The notes under the pieces are model-generated. The model made no database searches, was not told the origin of the DNA, and saw nothing but the letters and a program-made list of their open reading frames with translations. Positions 38,085-52,696 of a stretch of DNA of 64,000 nucleotides are shown one piece after another. Positions within the stretch are counted from its first letter, which is position 1; every line of letters starts with the position of its first letter. The position numbers and the translations under genes were made by a program. Origin of the DNA: Octopus vulgaris (taxonomy: Eukaryota). The stretch is taken from NCBI GenBank assembly GCA_951406725.2, contig OX597832.1:22134001-22198000 (forward strand), written 5' to 3'.

Positions 38085-38774
38085 AATGGAATAAATGTGG
38101 TGAAAACAAAAGCTCCCTTGCTACTCTTGGCCTCCGGAGGATGCCCGGTTCTCTTAAAGCTATAATGAAAGGAAACAAAAATATTAATCCTTTCTACTAT
38201 AGACAAAAGGCTTGGAATTTGCTAACCCCAGCACGCAACTGGTACTTATCAACCCAGAAAGGTTGACAGGTAAAATTGGCTCCGGTGGTATTTGAACTCA
38301 GAACATAAAAAGCCAGGTGCAATGCCACAGAGCATTTCGTCTGGCATGCAAACAATTTTTTTTTCTCATTCAAAGCTACGATATATTTATAATGATATGA
38401 AAATCATTAGAAAATACAATATTTTACAGAAAAAAAAACCAAATAAAATTACTTAATAAATGAAAAATGTCTAGAGAGAAAATATAAACATCTTAGACTT
38501 AATAATGGAAATACCAAATAATCAAAAAAAAAAATTTCAATTTTTTTGAGAAATGAAAAATTAAATAATTTTAGAGTTCGTCACAGGATTAAAAAGTGAT
38601 GACTGATAATAATCCCATTTATTGATTTTTAATATATATTTTCTTATTTTTCATTAAGAGTGATTGATTTTTGGTAAATAATCTGTCCTGTGTGTACATG
38701 TGTATCCACAGGTGTGTTTGTACGTTTTTGTAAGGTAGATTACAAACAGAAGTCATGTGGATATATTCACACAC

Positions 38775-38809
<35 letters not shown>

Positions 38810-39619
38810 ACCCACAAATCCATATCCATATGTGAGAATATAGTCCAGTGAACTAATCTCAGTCACTGCATGGCACTTGGAGCAAGTGCCTTCCACTATA
38901 GCCCTAGGCCAACCAAAGCCCTGCAAGTGGATTTCTCATATAAATGTATAGATAGGCGCAGGAGTGGCTGTGTGGTAAGTAGCTTGCTAACCAACCACAT
39001 GGTTCCGGGTTCAGTCCCACTGTGTGGCATCTTGGGCAAGTGTCTTCTTCTGCTATAGCCCCGGACCGACCAATGCCTTGTGAGTGGATTTGGTAGACGG
39101 AAACTGAAAGAAGCCTGTCGTATATATGTATATATATATGTATGTGTGTCTGTGTTTGTCCCCCTAGCATTGCTTGACAACCGATGCTGGTGTGTTTACG
39201 TCCCCATCACTTAGCGGTTCGGCAAAAGAGACCGACAGAATAAGTACTGGGCTTACAAAGAATAAGTCCCGAGGTCGATTTGCTCGACTAAAGGCAGTGC
39301 TCCAGCATGGCCGCAGTCAAATGACTGAAAAGTGTAAAAGAGTATAGATATATAGGTAAACAGATATAGATAAATAGATATCAATAGATAGATAAAAGTG
39401 ATTGATTTTTGGTAAGTTATCTATCGTGTGTGGTAGATTACAAACAAGAGTCATGTGGATATATTCACACACTGTGCGTGTGTGTGAGTGTGTGTGAACC
39501 CACAAATCAATAGGTGAGAATTTATTCCAGTGAACTAATTTCAGTCACTGCATGGCACTTGGAGTGTCTTCCACTATAACCCTAGGCAAACCAAAGCCCT
39601 GCGAGTGGATTTCTCATAT

Positions 39620-39628
39620 AAATAGATG

Positions 39629-39659
<31 letters not shown>

Positions 39660-39699
39660 GGATAGACAGACAGACAGATAGATAGATAGACTGATAGAT

Positions 39700-39730
<31 letters not shown>

Positions 39731-39747
39731 TAGACACACAGACAGAG

Positions 39748-39798
<51 letters not shown>

Positions 39799-40000
39799 CA
39801 GAGATAGACAGACACACAGACATATAGATAGCCACACAGAGATAGATAGATAGATAGACAGGGATAGACGTAGAAAGATAGATAGACAGAGACATAGATA
39901 GATAGACAGAGATATAGATAGATAAATAGTAAACAGATAGAGAGAGAGATAGATAGAGATAAACAGACAGGTAAACATAGACAAACAGACAGACGGACGG
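39620..40000. repeat. (GATA)/(GACA) compound microsatellite
   Basis: Directly visible. Confidence 0.9.
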
Positions 40001-40391
40001 ATATATAACTCAATATCTTAAAGTACTGCTTGCAACCACAGCAACAAGAGTTACAGTCTGTTCTCCCCACCCCTCAGCACTTCACCAGTTTTAAAAAACC
40101 CTACAGCAAAATAAATAAACTAAAATACGATAAAATAAACTAAAAATGGTAAAAGAAATGATGCACTTCCTCCTCTAAACAGGCCACAAAATATTCAAAG
40201 AAAAAAACAAAAAACATAGGCACAGGAGTGGCTGTGTGGTAAGTAGATTGCTAACCAACCATATGGTTCCGGGTTCAGTCCCACTGCGTGGCATCTTGGG
40301 CAAGTGTCTTCTGTTATAGCCCCGGGCCGACCAATGCCTTGTGAGTGGATTTGGTAGACGGAAACTGAAGGAAGCCTGTCGTATATATGTA

Positions 40392-40435
<44 letters not shown>

Positions 40436-40438
40436 TAT

Positions 40439-40503
<65 letters not shown>

Positions 40504-41278
40504 TTGTGTGTCTGTGTTTGTCCCCCTAGCATTGCTTGACAACCGATGCTGGTGTGTTTACGTCCCCGTCACTTAGCAGTTCGGCAAAAAGAGACCGATA
40601 GAATAAGTACTGGGCTTACAAAAGAATAAGTCCCGGGGTCGATTTGCTCGACTAAAGGTGGTGCTCCAGCATGGCCGCAGTCAAATGACTGAAACAAGTA
40701 AAAGAAAAGAAAGAAAGATAAAGAAAGAAAAAAAGAGTGGAACAAAAGCCCAATGAAAAGTGCTGTAGACCAGGATGGAGAATGCTCTGATATGGAAGGT
40801 CAACATCCTAGATAGAATCTGCAAACGCAGCCAGGATATTCTTTAAGTGCAGCTAAATGCATAGGCATAGACACATATTTACTAATATAATCACAGTAAT
40901 TAATGATTTAGCTTCATTAATTAATTAATTGTGTCCCATCTTTGTGGGATTGTATTTAGTCACCGCAACTGACCTCGTCCACCTCAACTTCAGCTTCCAC
41001 TCCTATGAGAGTTATCTGATTTTTTTTTTTTCCTTGTTTCATTCATAGGATTGCAGCCATGCTGGAGCACCACCTTCAAAGGTAATTTTTTTCTATATTT
41101 TTTCTCATATCAAATAGATCGACTTCAACACTTACTCTATCAGTCGATTTTTGCTGAGTTGCTAAGTTACAGGGATGGAAGCAAGCAAACAGCAGCAGGC
41201 AACGACAAAAGCAGACACAAAGACGCACAATATATATATATATACATACACATGTGTAATATATATATATACATACAT

Positions 41279-41320
<42 letters not shown>

Positions 41321-41362
41321 ATGTATATACACACCAATACGATGGTGGGAGTACAAACACAG

Positions 41363-41401
<39 letters not shown>

Positions 41402-42004
41402 CACATGCGACGGGCTTCGCTCAGTTTCCGTCTACCAAATCCACTTGCAAGGCTTTGGTCAGCCCGAGGCTATAGTAGAAGACACTTGCACAAGGTGACA
41501 CGCAGTGGGGACTGAACCCAGAACCATGTGGCTGGTAAGCAAGCTACTTACCACACAGCCACTCACTCCTCCGCCTACAACGTAAAAGAATAAGAATTCG
41601 GAATTTGGGCAGTCACCTGACCAGTATCCTGAAATAAAACCAGGTCCTGCTCAACCAAATCAAATGACACAGAACGCGTATCATTGTTGAATGTAAAGCA
41701 ATTTACACAGACTGTGGCACGCAAGAAAATAAATCCCAATTTCACTTCCTTGGATTTCATACAACACAACACAAATATTCAATACTTCCATAAAAAAGGA
41801 CAATGTAGAATAATACATCCTCAAAAACCTGTTTGTTTACAGTGTTATGCGTAACACACATTCTTGTTGAAATTTCCGTCTGACACGTGTTTCAGTTACA
41901 TCAGTGTTTTCTAATGGAGATGGAAAGCCAATGTGAATGCATTAGGAAGAACAATACGGTAATAAACAGGTTTTGAAGATCTAGAACTCCCCATGATTTC
42001 TTAT

Positions 42005-42056
42005 GATTATATATATACATACACAAACACACACACAGACATATATATATATATAT

Positions 42057-42098
<42 letters not shown>

Positions 42099-42168
42099 AT
42101 ATATATATATATATGTATGTGTGTACATATATATATATATATGTATGTGTGTATATATATATATATAT

Positions 42169-42230
<62 letters not shown>

Positions 42231-42483
42231 TTATATATATATATATATGTATGTGTGTATATACATATATATATATATATGTGTGTATATACATATATAT
42301 ATATATATGTATGTGTGTATATACATATATATATATGTTGTGTGTATATACATATATATATATGTATGTGTGTATATACATATATATATATATATTATGT
42401 GTGTATATATATATATATATGTATGTGTGTATATACATATATATATATATATATGTGTGTATATACTATATATATATGTTGTG

Positions 42484-42517
<34 letters not shown>

Positions 42518-43071
42518 TGTGTGTGTGTGTATGCACGTGTGCATGTATATATATATTTATATGTGCGTATATGTGTGTATTTATATATATTTATGTGTAT
42601 ATGTATATATTTGTGTGTATGTGTATATATATACATTTTTTTTATGTATGTCTATGTATATATATTTGTCTGTGTGTATGCATGTATATATATTTGTGTC
42701 TGTGTGTTTATGAATGTATACACACACACATGTATATATATACACACACACATGTATGTATACACACACACATATGTATGTATACACACATATGTATACA
42801 CACACACACATACATATGTATGTATACACACATATGTATACACACACACACATACATATATACACACATACATATGTATGTATACACACATATGTATACA
42901 CACACACACATACATATATACACACATACATATGTATGTATACACACATATGTATACACACACACACATACATATATACACACATACATATGTATGTATA
43001 CACACATATGTATACACACACACACATACATATATACACACATACATATGTATGTATACACACATATGTAT

Positions 43072-43135
<64 letters not shown>
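42005..43135. repeat. Compound TA/TG/CA microsatellite of about 1.1 kb abutting a SINE-B head, with units of about 58 bp in its right half
   Basis: Directly visible; explains the 378-aa and 403-aa low-complexity ORFs. Confidence 0.92.
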
Positions 43136-43137
<2 letters not shown>

Positions 43138-45894
43138 AAGGGTTTCCACACAGTTTCTGTCTACCAAATCCACTCACAAGGCATCGGTTGATGCAAGGCT
43201 ATAGTAGAATACACTTAGTCAAGCTGCCATGCAGTGAAACTGACCCCTAAACCCTTATGGTTGTAAAACAAGCTTCTTAACCACATAGCCATACCTGAGC
43301 AAACTAAATTATTTTTCTCTTGAAGTTTCTTTTATTTAAAATAAAAAAAAATCTTAATATCCTGAACAATATCCTTGTTGATTGTGTTCCTTAACGAGTC
43401 TATTACTACACTGCATTTCCAATTCCGGTGAAGAGAATGACAATGGATTAATTTATACAACTTGGCTTGGAGCAAATACCGAACAAAGGAGTTTTATTTT
43501 TAATAATTTTCTCTTTTCGCATAGCTGTGTGGTTAAAAAGCTCAATTTTCAACCATGTGGCTCTGGGTTCAGTCCCACTGCACAGCACGCTGGGCAAGTG
43601 TTTCCTACTATAGTGCAGAGCCAAACAATTCCTTATGATTGAAATTTAGTAGATGGAAACTGTTTGGAAGCCCACAGTATATATATTCTTTTCTTCTTAC
43701 ATTCTTTGACACTTAAAAGCACCAACCGATCGTGGCCGTTTTCCAGCCTCCTCTGGCCCTGTGCCGATGGCATGTAAAAAACACCCACTACACTGACCTG
43801 AACTCTTTGCATGAACACCTTCCCTGTACCTAACTCCATGTCCCCCTACATGGCCTTGCTTTTTGCTTTTTGAGCCAAAAAATTAACTTAACTTAACACT
43901 CATGGAGTGGTTGGCATTAGGAAGGGCATCCAGCTGTAGAAACACTGCCAAACCAGACTGGAGCCTGGTGCAGCCTTCATGGCTTACCAGACCCCAGTCG
44001 AACCGTCCAACCCATGCCAGCATGGAAAATGGACGTTAAATGATGATGATGATAATGATGATATATAGATATATAGTTATATATCTAATCTCATTGTTCT
44101 CCGCTGTAACTTGGTCATGTCATGTGTTCTTCTCCTCCTTGCTCTTCACTCTCCTCTCCAGTCCTCTCTTTCTTTCTCTCTAACATCAATCTTTTCCTCT
44201 CCCACATCTTCTCCATCCAGTTACTCGTTTGGCTTCAAGGAAACAACAGCAATGCTGTTATTGTCGGTCGTTTATCATTAATGCAAGCTAAAGGAAAACT
44301 TCCAGTCGGCTGTTTGACTTCCCTCATTGACAATTATTATAAACCAATCAGTTAAGCGTTAAGATTATTATTTTGTTTTTCGGGTCTTTAGCTCTTCAGA
44401 GCACACGGAAATACAACTGAGGTTTCTTTGCCTCTAGATAAAACTTCCAAGTTGTTCTAAAAACAATTTAGTGTGTCAAATTTTTCCTCTATTGTACTTT
44501 GATCATAGAATGCATGTTTGTACCTACACTCCTGTCTTTCTAGCTCCCATCTCGTTCACTCTCATCTCCTCTGATATCCCCTCTAACTTCTCTATTCAGT
44601 CAATATTTTGGCTTCAAGAGAACATGCAGTTGTTGTTAATTATAACTAAGTGAAGACTTGCAATTTGCTGTTTAGCTTCACCACCAACATCACCAGTACC
44701 CCACACCTAAACAATTATTACAGCTAATTAATTAGCTCTTAAGTACTGTCTTCTTGTCATTAGTCTTTAGTTTAGCATTTCAGTGCATACTGAAATATAC
44801 AAAAAAAAAAAGCTGTTTCTGTTTTCTCTAAAGTAATGGTTCTCAACCAGGGTTCATTAAAAATTTTTGGAGGTCCATGCAACAATAGTAAATTAAGGGT
44901 CCACGATAGTATTTTAAGGACCTCTGAAAAAATGTTTGCTTTAGATAGGCGTAGGAGTGGCTGTGTGGTAAGTAGCTTGCTTACAAACCACATGGTTCTG
45001 AGTTCAGTCCCACTGTGTGGCACCTTGGACAAGTGTCTTCAACTATAGCCTTGGGCCAACCAAAGCCTTGTGAGTGGATTTGGTAGATGGAAACTGAAAG
45101 AAGCCTGTTGTATATATATATGTATGTGTCTTTGTTTGTCCCCTCAACATCACTTGACAACTGATGGTGGTGTGTTTACGTCCCCGTAACTTAGCAGTTA
45201 GGCAAAAGAGACCAATAGTCAACATGTAGGTGTCTGTGTCTCATGACACCTTGAGTATACATGTAATTATGGCTTCCTGCAAATACAGCTAAATGTAGCA
45301 AAGTTTTTGGGGCCCTCTTATCACAGGTTTTATGAAAAGTGACAAGAACTGACACCCATCATATTAATAATTATTTCTAATAATCCATTAAAAGGTAAAA
45401 GTAAAGTTACACTCTCATGTCATGCTGACTCATAAGGGCTGGCTTCCCAGTTTCCAAGCAGTCGGATTGAACCCAGGACCATGTGGTTGGGGAGCAAGCT
45501 TCCTACCACACAGCCATGCTTGTATTGTAAGTATATCTTAAAAAGTGTTGGGATTTTTCAGTGACTAAAAATAGACGGCAACAAGTATGTACTTTGCAAT
45601 AAATGAATAATAAAGAGAAAAGTGACTACGATTGTTTAATGGGTGAGCATCGAGTAAGTGACTATATAGTCAATGGTTGATAAGGTGACGAGTAGAGAGT
45701 TAGAAGGGAGAGAGAGAGACATGGGTTTGAAAACATGGCGAGAGAGAGCAGAGAGAGAGAGAAAGCGAGAAAAGGGTGTTTAAAAAATGTGGATTGCGGG
45801 AGGGAGAGGAAGAAGAGAAAGGTAAAGAAAGAGAGAGAGAGAAAGTTGAGTTTAAAACGGACAAGACAGGCAGACAGACAGAGAGAAAAGTGAG

Positions 45895-46285
45895 GGAGAA
45901 AGAGCAATGAGAGGAGAGAGAGAAAGAGCAATGAAAGGAGAGAGAGAGAGAAAGAGCAATGAAAGGAGAGAGAGAGAAAGAGCAATGAAAGGAGAGAGAG
46001 AAAGAGCAATGAAAGGAGAGAGAGAGAAAGAGCAATGAAAGGAGAGAGAGAGAAAGAGCAATGAAAGGAGAGAGAGAGAAAGAGCAATGAAAGGAGAGAG
46101 AGAGAAAGAGCAATGAAAGGAGAGAGAGAGAAAGAGCAATGAAAGGAGAGAGAGAGAAAGAGCAATGAAAGGAGAGAGAGAAAGAGCAATGAAAAGAGAG
46201 AGAGAGTGAAAGAGCAATGAAAAGAGAAAGAGAGCAATGAGAGGAGAAAAATAATGAAAGGAGAGTGAGAAAGAGCAATGGGAGG
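45895..46285. repeat. Minisatellite of about 25 bp (AAAGAGCAATGAAAGG(AG)n)
   Basis: More than a dozen tandem units with variable AG length. Confidence 0.92.
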
Positions 46286-46514
46286 AGAGAGAGAGAGAAG
46301 GAGAGAAGGAGAGAAGGACGAATGATATTCGATATATTTGTAAAAATATTTTAAATAAATAGACATTGAGAAAATTCGATGCCGAGGTTTTTCCCTGTTC
46401 CTACTCGAAGTTCCGCTTTGAACAAATGTATAACATATATGTACTACTTGCAGTTAAAATACTTCTTCCACCTCCTACTTGTGTATATAGGTGTGTATAT
46501 ATATACATACATAC

Positions 46515-46553
<39 letters not shown>

Positions 46554-46881
46554 ACATATGCGTGAATATTTACGTATCATATTACTTAGGTAGAAACATA
46601 TGTATGCGCGTGTATATCTCCCTCTCTCAATATATATATATATGTATGTATATATATACACACACACGTCTGTATGTATACACCCAACCTAAACGATAGA
46701 CAGTGTCTTATTAAATGGCTGCACAACAATCACGCGCACCCGCATGCTTTTTCTCTGAAACCATAATCATACATATATACATACAGACCTACATACATAC
46801 ACACACGTTTATATATATACTCTACCACTGGTATTTGAGTACTCTTTTTTCCACCTTGTTTCACATTTATGTGTTTACTCC

Positions 46882-46951
<70 letters not shown>

Positions 46952-47152
46952 TTTGTGTATAAATGTACACAAATATTAATGCGTGTGTGTATAAATGTAC
47001 ACATACATTAATGTGTGTAGGTGCGTGCGTGTATATATATCGATATGGTTAGCACATGATATCAATCTATATATATGTGATAACTAGTAATATTATATAT
47101 TATATATATATATGTATACATACATACAGACCTACATACATACACACACGTT

Positions 47153-47193
<41 letters not shown>

Positions 47194-48749
47194 GTGTGTG
47201 TATAAATGTACACAAATATTAATGTGTGTGTGTATAAATGTACAAACATTAATATGTGTGTTTGTGCGTGCGTGTAGATATATCGATATGGTTAGCACAT
47301 GATATCAATCTATATATGTGTGTGTGATAACTGGTAATATTAACCACCAGGGAAGGTAATAACTAGTTTATTAAACTATAATTGACGTTTCCGTTTGGTA
47401 TCAACGATGTATTTATGTTGAATTTAATTACTGTCAGGTGGAGACGAGGTGATGGCGTGCAAGCCTGCATGCATGTCATATATGTATGCGTGTTTGTCAA
47501 GTATGTTGAAGTATCCATGATGAGATAAGAACTCGGAATCTGTCGATAGAGAGAGAGAGGAAAGAACCAAACCACGTGCGCGCGTGTGTGTGCGTGAGGG
47601 ACTTACGTTTCGGCGGAGAGGGAGAGAGAAAGGGAAAAGGCGAGAAAAGGAGGGAAAGGAAAAAGAGAGAGAGAGAGGTGGAGGAGTTAGACTTGGTCTC
47701 ACCTCCCCTTCACTATCAACGAACGTCTTAAATGGTTTCGTGGTTGCTTAGACCTACCTGCTAGAAATAACTGCCAAATCTCCCTAGACTCTCACAAATC
47801 GATCGTCTTCGAGAGAGAAAATAAAAGGAAGAACACTACAAGGTAGACAGACTAGCGTTCGAACCAAGGAACATCCCTAGGAATGTGCAGTCCGACGTAC
47901 TAAATATAGTAGCCAAACCCAACTCAAATCACACCTACTGTCTGAATAAACATACACACACGCACACAAATATTAACAGACAAACCCTTTCGAGCTATCG
48001 AAAAGAGCCTATGTGGATGCTGCTCGAACTGCTAGAAATAATAGTCAAATCTATTTCAAATCGTGTCAACCCTACTCGAAAGAGAAGCACACATAGGATA
48101 ACAAAGTCACACACACATAAAATAAAAGGTAGGGGTGGTTGAGAACATCACAGCTGATATGGCGGCAGGTAGCTAAACCAACATCAGGATGATAATTGTT
48201 TCCACAATAGGCGCAAGGCATGAAATTTGGTAGGGAAGACAGTAAGTGCTCAACTGGTCCATTATTTTATCTTCTCTGAAAAGATGAAAGGTAAAGTAGA
48301 ACCTGGCGGAATTTGAACTCACACCGCGAGGACGGACGAAATGCCGCTAAGCATTTGTGTCTGAAACGCTAAATGAGTCTACCAGCTCGCAGCTTTCACC
48401 ATAACAATGACTGTTTCTGATATCAGTACAAGGCCAACAACATCTGAGGGGAAAGTGGTTAGTCAATACTAATGCTCCTCTAGTTTTTAACTGGTACTTC
48501 TTAATTTTATCGACCCCAAAAGAATGAAAGGTAAAGCTGAATTCTGCAGGATTTCCACTAAGATCGTAAAAAGACGGCACAAATACCGTACTTGACAGGT
48601 ACTCAATTTTATCGACCGCCAACGACGAAAGACAAAACTGATTTCGCAGGTACTTTATTTTCTCGATTACGAGAGGACAAACGGCTAAGTTAAACTCAGA
48701 TCACACACCTGTAATATATACTACGGGGTGTTTTTCTAAGCTGGAAACC

Positions 48750-49161
48750 CAGTGGTTCTCAACGGAGTACCATATAATAATAATAATAATAATAATTGTG
48801 TACAGTGCTCAGGTGCACTACAACTCATCTAAAGTGTATATATAATCAGGTGTAGTTTTGGCGGATTTCGGAAAGCATGAGGGCCTTAAAGGATGCAGTG
48901 TCATGGCAGTCAACAATATGACTCGTGCGGTCTAATAAAAGATTTGGCCGTTAAAATTCATCTACAATAAATCGCCCATACTTCTACAATACACAAAACA
49001 TCGATATTTCAATTTCTTTAATACAATTTCTAATAATATCTAATTATAAAAATGCAGTAGAATTTTTTTTTTAAATACACATCGAATGCCTACGGAAGGG
49101 TATGCAGGGTAAAGTAGGAATCGAAGAGGTCCATTGGGGGGAAAATGGTTAAGAACCTCTG
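48750..49161. mobile_element. hAT-like MITE interrupted by a CR1/L2-like LINE 3' end (about 48775-48918, minus)
   Basis: TIRs CAGTGGTTCTCAAC ... GTTAAGAACCTCTG. The nested minus-strand piece encodes IVDCHDTASFKALMLSEIRQNYT* and ends in an (ATT)n tail. Confidence 0.55.
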
Positions 49162-50813
49162 TGCTCTAACTCGTCTGTGTCGAAATAAATTATCCCTTCT
49201 ATTTGAGCTCTTTTAATACATCTCAAAACACGACTTCTTCCTATTATTACAGAGGAAATAATTGTTTTCTCTCCTCCTCACATCTTTTATTATTACTAAC
49301 GATTGTTGTTCTGCCGCCAGGGTCGCAGCTTTTTTCTCTTTTATTTTTTATCCATTCGAGGATCGATTAAATATATATCCCAGTCAAATACTGATTGTGT
49401 ATTCGAATTAATCGATTTACTACACACGTACATACTCCTCGCATACGAGGGAACCTCGATAAGCAGAGGAAAGAAGGATCTGGTAGCTTGTTCTGCTAAA
49501 AATAGAACGAATTCTCATAAACACACAGACACACACATGCACCTACCTCGCATATACGAAAGAGGAAGGATCTGTTCGCCCGATCTGCCTAAAATAGCAG
49601 CAAAATCTCGTACATCGCATAAATGAAAAAGCCCCGATAGGTCGAGGAAAGAAGGATCTGGTCGCTCGAGTTGCTAAACATAGCAGCAAAAATCTCATAC
49701 AAATCATAACCGCTAATTAAAATAAGAAAAATGGAACATTAACACATCGATTCCAGTGATGTAGCCCTTAGATAAACTGTCTAAAATATACCCGATGATC
49801 ACGATAGGAAAACTTTGAACCCTAGGCCAGCTGGATCAGAACTAGTCCGGGGCCTAGACAAGATTGAACATCACATACATGTATAAAATGTGTTTCTTTT
49901 AGCAATCATTAATTGCTGTCTTTTTCTGGTTTTTGTTTTAATCAATCCTGCAATCTGCTCCCTACCTAACTACAGTTATTAGAAAACATTTAAGAGTAAT
50001 GATTGTTATATCGCAAGTGAATCCAAAAGACCACACACTCGACATTATTAATAAAATGCGAGACAGAGGTGGTCGTGTGATAAAAGAGAGAAAAATTAAA
50101 ATTGAGAAGGTAACCCGGAAGAACGGACCGAGAATCCACAACCTGTTTTTTTCGTTTCTTTTCTTTCTCAAACATACCATACACTTACACATTCATAAAG
50201 TCTTTCATACAGACCAATTCTCGTTCACATATACTCCTCCACATTATATATATATATATATCTCTTTCTCTCCTACACATTTCTCTCTCACACACACAGA
50301 CATACTCGTTCGTTCTCTCTCTGACACATACATACACTCTCACATAAGCATACACATTGTCTGTCACACAAATACACACAATCTCTCTCGCATACATACT
50401 CTCTCTTTCACATGCACACATACATACTCCCTATCACATATACATATTCACTCTCCCTTACACACACAAAAGCACTTTCATACACTCTGATACATACACA
50501 CTCCCTCACACACTCTTTCAGGCATACACCCTCCTCTCACACATACTCTCTTTCGTACACATACTCACATATACACCCGAACTCTTTCACACATACACAC
50601 ATCCTCTCTCACTCTCTCTCTCTCTCCCTTTCTTTCTTTCTCACATATACCTCTATCGACAGTTAGCGAACAGATTATGGATTAGAGAAGGGTGAATTAT
50701 CGGATATGGAAGGAAAGGTGGCTAAACAAACGGTGGTTGTTGATTAGGCCAAGGTTAACCGTGATCGAGTAAGCTTGTTGTAACCGAAGGGATTCCAATA
50801 GAGGCCATCCCAT

Positions 50814-50853
<40 letters not shown>

Positions 50854-50949
50854 TATATATACATATATACATATATATATATACATATATACATATATAT
50901 ATAGGGAGAGAGAGAGGACGGGGTGTATTAAAAACTAATTTATATATAT

Positions 50950-51017
<68 letters not shown>

Positions 51018-52659
51018 GTAGATAGGTAGATAGACAGATAGATAGGTAGGTAGATAGATAACTACACTATCCGAAGTTTCCTTCCTGATCTAAGATGATA
51101 GAACTTGTGTGGGGTATAGCCGCTATTAAATAATGGTATAAGGTCGAGCGACTGCGTAGAGTGTCTTCCTTCGTTGGTTTCGGAATCTCCTCTGTTTCGT
51201 TGGTTAGTTACTGCTGGGTCAAGGTGTCTACACACACACACATACACACGCACATATATATATATATATATATCAGAAACGAGAGAGAAAGTGAGACAGG
51301 AAAGGAGGGAGGGGGGAATGTCTTGGCTTATTCCCAAAAGACAGAAACAACGTCTTTGAATAATACCAACGAATAAAAACACGAAATACTGAAGATCTGG
51401 TGCGACTGTTATAGGAAATTTATTGAAAATACGTCACAGCCCTATGATTTGTTTTCTTTTGTTATTTTTTTTCATCTACATTAAATTTTCAAATCATATA
51501 AATATGTTATAACAAGCCATATAAATAAATCTTTCAATAATTGCTTCTAGCATTGGCGGGGGGAGTGTGTTAGTCGATAAGGGCGACCCCAGTACTCAAT
51601 AGGTACTTCATTTTATCGATCTTGAGAGGATGAAAGACGAAGTTGACCTCGGCAGGATATATATGAGCTCAGAAAGAAAAGGGACGGGAATTAAGACCCA
51701 AGGGCAACAATTTTTGAGGAAGGATATGGGATTAGTCGATTATATCGTTTCTCAATAATACTGGATCGATACTTTTATTTTACCGACCCCGAGAATATGA
51801 ATGGCAAAGTTGATCTGGGCAGCATTCGAACTCAGAATGTAAAAGCCGCGAAGTATGACGACGATGATTATTAATTTAGACACAAGACCCTTAATTTTAG
51901 ATTGTGGTAGCGGTAGTGGTGACGATGGTGAAGGTGGTGGTGGTGATGGGGTATTAACTGATATTATTGAAATTTTACTTTACTTTATCGACCCCCAGAG
52001 AGTTGGCTGAAAGACGTAATTTATCTGTGGGATTTGAACTCAGAATGTAAAAGGCCGGAAAGAATAATAATAATAATAATAATAGTAATAATAATTTCAT
52101 CGTTTATTATAAAGACAACAGACACAAACACTTCAATATACAACAAGGGTTCTTTTATTCCATACTTCAAATTTCCAGACAAATCTATCGGATTAGACGT
52201 GAAGACGCAAAACACACACACGTTGCTCGATAATTGACGACGATGATAATATCCTTTGACAATCGTTCGGATTTTGTAGAGAGAAAGGTGTGGGAAACGA
52301 GAATGTTGTGGCTAACATACCGTTAACAATACATAATTGACACTCTTGGTGGAACGAGTTCACCAAATCAAACCGTTTAAATTCCCAGCTGGAATCATTT
52401 CTCTTCTCACTAAATTGCATTGGGGAAAATATCTGTGTTATCTACACGCAATATCCCGCTCCCCTTTCTTTATATATGCTATTGTGATCATCATCATCAT
52501 CACTATTATTATTATTATTTCCTGTAAATCTCTCACCTTGAGTCTGGTGTAGAGAAAAAAAAAAATCAATAACGGAAAATGAAAATATAAATAATAATAA
52601 TAATAATAATAATAATATCGATGATGTTTTGTGTCTTTGAAATACATTGGAATACTGCC

Positions 52660-52696
<37 letters not shown>

